DNA of 64,000 nt from an uncultured Fibrobacterota bacterium (lineage in GTDB: Bacteria; Fibrobacterota; Chitinivibrionia; Chitinivibrionales; FEN-1185), in contig CAVWBU010000019.1 in assembly GCA_963753345.1 (NCBI GenBank), positions 103,157 through 167,156 of the forward strand. The letters run 5' to 3'. A model generated the notes under the pieces. That model searched no databases and had not been told where the DNA came from. It saw only the letters and a program-made list of their open reading frames with translations. Each line of letters opens with the position of its first letter. The first letter of the stretch is position 1. Of the stretch, positions 59,957 to 64,000 are shown piece after piece. The translations under genes were made by a program, and so were the position numbers.

Positions 59957-59996
59957 CAAAAAAAGGACTTGCAGACAAAACCTGCAAGTCCTTTCC
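59957..59996. terminator. intrinsic terminator downstream of tRNA-Glu
   Basis: AAAGGACTTGCAG-acaaaac-CTGCAAGTCCTTT with an A7 flank (U tract on the minus strand). Confidence 0.75.
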
Positions 59997-60006
59997 TTAT
60001 TATGAA

Positions 60007-60081
60007 TGGTAGTCCCTATGGGAATCGAACCCATGTTGCAGGAATGAAAATCCTGTGTCCTAACCACTAGACGAAGGGACC
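60007..60081 (-). tRNA. tRNA-Glu (TTC)
   Basis: GGTCCCTTCGTCTAGTGGTTAGGACACAGGATTTTCATTCCTGCAACATGGGTTCGATTCCCATAGGGACTACCA cloverleaf with encoded CCA. Confidence 0.96.
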
Positions 60082-60183
60082 GATTTAATTTTTGCAGGCC
60101 TGTAAAATACCTCGCCGCGATTTTTCGGGCAATAGAATTTAGAAAAGCCTGGAGAAGAAATGAAGAGATAGTATATTTACCGC

Positions 60184-60651
60184 ATGGCCAATCTGAAAAG
60201 AGTTTCCGGAACCCTCCTGGTCGTCCTGTCATTCACGCTTCTGCCGCTCCACTTCTCGTGCGGCAGGCACGCAGAAGTGAAGTCTCACCTGCCCCGCATT
60301 CTCACGATAGGCGAGGTGGCCACCGCCATGAACAGCGCCCGCGATTCGCTTGTGGTGTTCGACCTGTATGCGGACTGGTGCGCGCCGTGCAGGATGCTTG
60401 CGCCGTTGCTCGACAAGATCGCGGAGGAGTACAAGGGCAGGGTGTCGTTCTACAGCATAAACCTTGACCAGGTGCCGGAGGCGGCCCAGAAGTTCGGGGT
60501 TGGGAGCATTCCGTTCGTCGTATTTGTGAAGGAAACAACGATGGTGGCCTCGCTTACCGGCGTGCAGCCCGAGGAAGAGTACGTGAAAATCATAAGGCAG
60601 TATTTGACATTGTCAACTAAAGTTCCGCAATCCAGCCCCGAAAAGAAATAA
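60184..60651 (+). CDS. thioredoxin-domain protein with N-terminal signal/lipoprotein sequence
   Basis: DLYADWCAPCR. Confidence 0.85.
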   Translation: MANLKRVSGTLLVVLSFTLLPLHFSCGRHAEVKSHLPRILTIGEVATAMNSARDSLVVFDLYADWCAPCRMLAPLLDKIAEEYKGRVSFYSINLDQVPEAAQKFGVGSIPFVVFVKETTMVASLTGVQPEEEYVKIIRQYLTLSTKVPQSSPEKK

Positions 60652-60660
60652 AGCTCTCAT

Positions 60661-60797
60661 GGGGGGAAGAATCCCCCTCGCTTCGGCCTCCTCGGCCTGT
60701 GGCCTGCGGTGTCCTCCGCTACCCCCTCCTGGGTGGCCCCCAAGTAAGTTTACGTGCGAGAATCAATCCTCGGCTGGGGGGCACCCACGAAGAGTTG
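60661..60797. repeat. structured intergenic repeat family B
   Basis: GGGGGAAGAATCCCCCTCGCTTCGGCCTCCTCGGCCTGTGGCCTGCGG...GCACCCACGA. Confidence 0.85.
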
Positions 60798-60879
60798 TGG
60801 AATACTGATAGCTATACCCGATTACCAGTGTAATCCGGATGGCGGAAAATCGACCTTGACTAAAAGACATCTTCCCTCT

Positions 60880-61019
60880 GCCGCGCGCCAGGCCGGACCG
60901 GAGGGTGAGCTATAGCGAATTGCCGGCCGACCCTGGCCGAAGGCCATCGGGGCGGTCCGGCAACGAGGCGAACAGCCGAGCCCGGAGGGAGGGCCGCCGC
61001 CGTCTTCGGCGGGGCGCCC
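60880..61019 (+). repeat. structured intergenic repeat family A, copy 7
   Basis: GCCGCGCGCCAGG...GGGGCGCCC. Confidence 0.85.
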
Positions 61020-61120
61020 AAGTCTTCTTTCTATTCCCCATCGTTTCACCCCCAGAAACAACTATTTTTTAATATTCTCTCAGCAACTCACTTGGTAATT
61101 GGTAAAAGGAGCTTGGTATC

Positions 61121-62596
61121 GTGGAACTAGCCGGGGCGCCGAACGACCAGAGAGCGGTACGCATTGACAAAATCAAAATGCTGCGCGAAAGCGGCGTGCT
61201 TCCGTATGCGGAGCGCTTCGAGAAGACGCACCTGCTTGCCGACGCGAAGAAGCTTGCCGACGGCACCAAGCCGGTGCGGGCCGCGGGCCGCGTGATTGCC
61301 ATCCGGGGGTTCGGCAAGCTCACGTTCTGCCACCTGCTCGATTGCTCCGGCACCATGCAGTTCGCCCTCCAGAAGAACAAGCTGGCGCAGCAGTTCGAGC
61401 TGTTCATGAAGGCTGTTGACATGGGGGATTTTGTCGGCGTCGAAGGCGAGATCATCACCACGCGCACGGGCGAAAAGACCATCGACGTGTCGGGCTGGAC
61501 GTTTCTGTCCAAATCGCTGCGGCCCTTGCCGGAGAAGTTCCACGGCCTTACCGACCAGGAACTGGTGTACCGCCGCAGGTATCTCGACCTCATCACGGCG
61601 CCCGAGCACATGGAGCGGTTCAAGAAGCGCACACGGATCATCCGCACCATCCGCGAGTTCCTTGACAAAAACAGCTTTGTGGAAATAGACACGCCGGTGC
61701 TGGCCAACAAGGCGTGCGGCGCGCTGGCGCGGCCGTTCATCACCCACCACAACGCGCTTGACATCGACGTGTACCTGCGGATCGCGCCCGAAACGTACCT
61801 CAAGCGCGCGATTGCGGGCGGGTTCGAGCGCGTGTACGAGTTCGCGCGCTGCTTCCGCAACGAAGGCCTCGACGCGTCGCACCTTCCCGACTTCACGCTC
61901 CTCGAGTACTACTGCGCCTACTGGAACTACGAGGACAACATGAATTTCACCGAACAGCTCATCAAGCACCTGCTCATGGAGGTCTGCGGCGGCCTTTCCA
62001 TCACCTACGAAGACACGCAGATTTCCTTTGACGGCGCATGGCCCCGGATTTCCTTCCGCGACCTGATTTTCAAGGACTGCGGCATCGACATCAACCTGTG
62101 CGCGACAAAAGAGGAGCTGCTTGCGCAGATCAAGGCCAAGGGCATCACCTTTGAGGGCGACGTCGACGTCGCCCACGCGGGCCGGGGCAACCTGGTCGAC
62201 CTGCTGTACAAGAAAGTGTCGCGTCCCGCGCTTGTCAACCCGGTGTTCGTGATCCATCACCCACTCGACCTGTCGCCGCTGGCGCGCAAGAACGACGCAA
62301 ACCCCGCCGTGGTGGACCGGTTCCAGCTCGTGGTGAACGGCTGGGAAATCGTCAATGCGTATTCCGAGCTCGTGGACCCCATCGACCAGGCGCAGCGCTT
62401 CGAAGAACAGGCTGCCGCCCGCGCGCACGGCGACCTGGAGGCCATGGAGGTGGACAACGACTTCCTCCTGTGCATGGAATACGGCATGCCGCCCATCTCC
62501 GGCTGGGGCATGGGCGTGGACCGGGTGGTCGCGCTCTTGACAAATGCGCCCAACCTGCGCGACGTGATCCTGTTTCCCCTCATGAGGCCGGAGTAG
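61121..62596 (+). CDS. lysS: lysine--tRNA ligase (class II)
   Basis: RPLPEKFHGL, YLRIAPE, FRNEG, EYGMPP..GWGMGVDR. Confidence 0.96.
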   Translation: MELAGAPNDQRAVRIDKIKMLRESGVLPYAERFEKTHLLADAKKLADGTKPVRAAGRVIAIRGFGKLTFCHLLDCSGTMQFALQKNKLAQQFELFMKAVDMGDFVGVEGEIITTRTGEKTIDVSGWTFLSKSLRPLPEKFHGLTDQELVYRRRYLDLITAPEHMERFKKRTRIIRTIREFLDKNSFVEIDTPVLANKACGALARPFITHHNALDIDVYLRIAPETYLKRAIAGGFERVYEFARCFRNEGLDASHLPDFTLLEYYCAYWNYEDNMNFTEQLIKHLLMEVCGGLSITYEDTQISFDGAWPRISFRDLIFKDCGIDINLCATKEELLAQIKAKGITFEGDVDVAHAGRGNLVDLLYKKVSRPALVNPVFVIHHPLDLSPLARKNDANPAVVDRFQLVVNGWEIVNAYSELVDPIDQAQRFEEQAAARAHGDLEAMEVDNDFLLCMEYGMPPISGWGMGVDRVVALLTNAPNLRDVILFPLMRPE

Positions 62597-62598
62597 CA

Positions 62599-63849
62599 AT
62601 GGCCCGCCCCTTCGAGCTGTTTGTTGCCATGCGGTACCTGCGCGGCAGGCGCAGGATGGGGTTCATTTCCTTTATCACCTGGACGTCGGCGGCGGGCGTG
62701 TTTCTCGGGTCGCTGGTGCTCGTGGTGGCGCTTTCCATTGCCAACGGGTTCGAAAAAGAAGTGCGCGACAGGATCGTGGGCATCACGGCGCACGCAAAGA
62801 TCCTCCAATACTACGGCAGGCCGATTGCGAACTACGATTCCCTGCGGTTGCGCATTCTCAAGTGTCCGAATGTTGTCGCGGCAACGCCCTATATCATGGA
62901 AAAGGGCGGCATAGAGTACGAATCGGTGAAGGAAGGCGTGATGATCACCGGCGCAATTGCGGCGACCGAGACCACGGTCACCGAGGTGGGCCGCAAGATA
63001 ACGTTCGGGAAATTCGCGCTGGATTCCGCATTTTCAAGCAGGAACCGGAAGCTTCCCGGCATCGTCCTCGGCATCGGCATGGCCGATAAGATGGGCGTGC
63101 GTCCCGGCGCCGAGGTGGTGGTGGGGGGCCTTACGGCCGAGGCGGCAAACGGCGAAATCACGTCCATCCCCATGGCGCGGTTCGTGGTGCGCGGCATCTT
63201 CGAAACCGGCATGTACGAATACGACCTCAACCTCGTCTACATTTCCATCCAGGCGTGCCAGAGCCTGTTCTCCATGAACGGCGTGGAGGGCATCGCCATC
63301 CGCACCAGCGACATGTTCCGGGCCGACGCGATTGCGCATAATGTCAAGGACTCGCTCGGCGGCTATCCGTACCGCTGCATCGACTGGAAATCGCAGAACA
63401 AGTCGCTGTTCGACTGGATGCGGCTCGAAGCGGTATGTGATTTTCCTCGTGATATCGCTCATCATCCTTGTTGCGGGGTTCAACATCGTGTCGTCGCTCG
63501 TGATGATGATCATCGAGAAGCGTCGCGAGATCGGCATCCTCATGGGCATGGGCGCCACGAGCGGCGGCATCATGCGGATATTCATGTTCAACGGCGTGGT
63601 GATCGGCGTGCTCGGGTCCACGCTCGGCGTGGCGCTCGGCGTGCTGGTGTGCTGGCTGCAGGACTCCGCTTCAGGTTCATCCCCCTGCCGGGGGACATTT
63701 ACTTTATCGACAAGCTGCCGGTGCTCATCCAGTGGAGCGATATCATCGCCATTTACATAGCGGCAAACGTCATCTGTTTTCTGGCAACGCTGTACCCGGC
63801 GTGGAGCGCCTCGCGCGTGCCCCCCGCCGACAGCATCCGGATAGAGTAG
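62599..63849 (+). CDS. lolC: LolC/LolE lipoprotein-releasing ABC permease (compensating frameshifts near 63430 and 63660)
   Basis: FVAMRYL, GIFETGMYEYD, alternate frame VAGFNIVSSLVMMIIEKRREIGIL, YPAWSASRV. Confidence 0.85.
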   Translation: MARPFELFVAMRYLRGRRRMGFISFITWTSAAGVFLGSLVLVVALSIANGFEKEVRDRIVGITAHAKILQYYGRPIANYDSLRLRILKCPNVVAATPYIMEKGGIEYESVKEGVMITGAIAATETTVTEVGRKITFGKFALDSAFSSRNRKLPGIVLGIGMADKMGVRPGAEVVVGGLTAEAANGEITSIPMARFVVRGIFETGMYEYDLNLVYISIQACQSLFSMNGVEGIAIRTSDMFRADAIAHNVKDSLGGYPYRCIDWKSQNKSLFDWMRLEAVCDFPRDIAHHPCCGVQHRVVARDDDHREASRDRHPHGHGRHERRHHADIHVQRRGDRRARVHARRGARRAGVLAAGLRFRFIPLPGDIYFIDKLPVLIQWSDIIAIYIAANVICFLATLYPAWSASRVPPADSIRIE

Positions 63850-63858
63850 GGGACGCCC

Positions 63859-64000
63859 GTGAGCATGGTCGCTGTTTCCGGTTTGACAAGAACGTTCGTT
63901 GACGACGCGGGCGCCCTCGACGTGATCCGCGGCGCCGTCCTTTGCGATCGAGAAAGGCGAGATGGTGTCGCTCGTGGGCGCGTCGGGCGCGGGCAAGACC
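63859..64000 (+). CDS. lolD: LolD-like ABC ATPase, partial (runs off the window, apparent frameshift)
   Basis: FAIEKGEMVSLVGASGAGKT Walker A, directly after lolC/E. Confidence 0.7.
   Translation, partial: MSMVAVSGLTRTFVDDAGALDVIRGAVLCDRERRDGVARGRVGRGQD

Noticed and set aside
59650-60000. Integrase remnant or prophage att site at tRNA-Glu
   Set aside because: No tyrosine-recombinase motifs, and no duplicated tRNA 3' end noticed in the window
1-64000. CRISPR array or cas genes
   Set aside because: No regularly spaced repeat-spacer array or Cas motifs seen

Overview
Bacterial chromosomal window, mostly GC-rich. Secreted glycan-active proteins with FCB-type C-terminal domains suggest Fibrobacterota or a related lineage (inference only). 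Many genes carry single-base frameshifts typical of an unpolished long-read assembly. 1.5-11.5 kb is a minus-strand arsenic-resistance island (two ArsR, ArsC, Acr3, ArsP-like, ArsE/F/G-like, DGC, CMD and FeS proteins) that ends in the mercury-methylation pair hgcA-hgcB, with two sigma70 promoters each overlapped by a related palindromic operator. Next come a cysteine/methionine cluster (cysK-metY-HPr-rrf2, a trans-sulfuration enzyme), housekeeping genes (tcdA, HU, mltD, purQ/purL, priA, rlmB, tatA/tatC, lysS, lolC/E, lolD, tRNA-Glu), a TatA/B-like::5-formyl-THF cyclo-ligase fusion and a cluster of secreted glycoside hydrolases (thaumatin/GH64-like, BNR, GH3, GH2, beta-helix). A low-GC two-cassette integron array without an integrase lies beside tRNA-Glu. 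The most striking unexplained signal is two families of dispersed, structured intergenic elements with compensatory base changes (A, 7 copies; B, 4 copies). They form a recurrent divergent B-spacer-A composite with a conserved leader and sometimes carry nested GTAG-REP hairpins.
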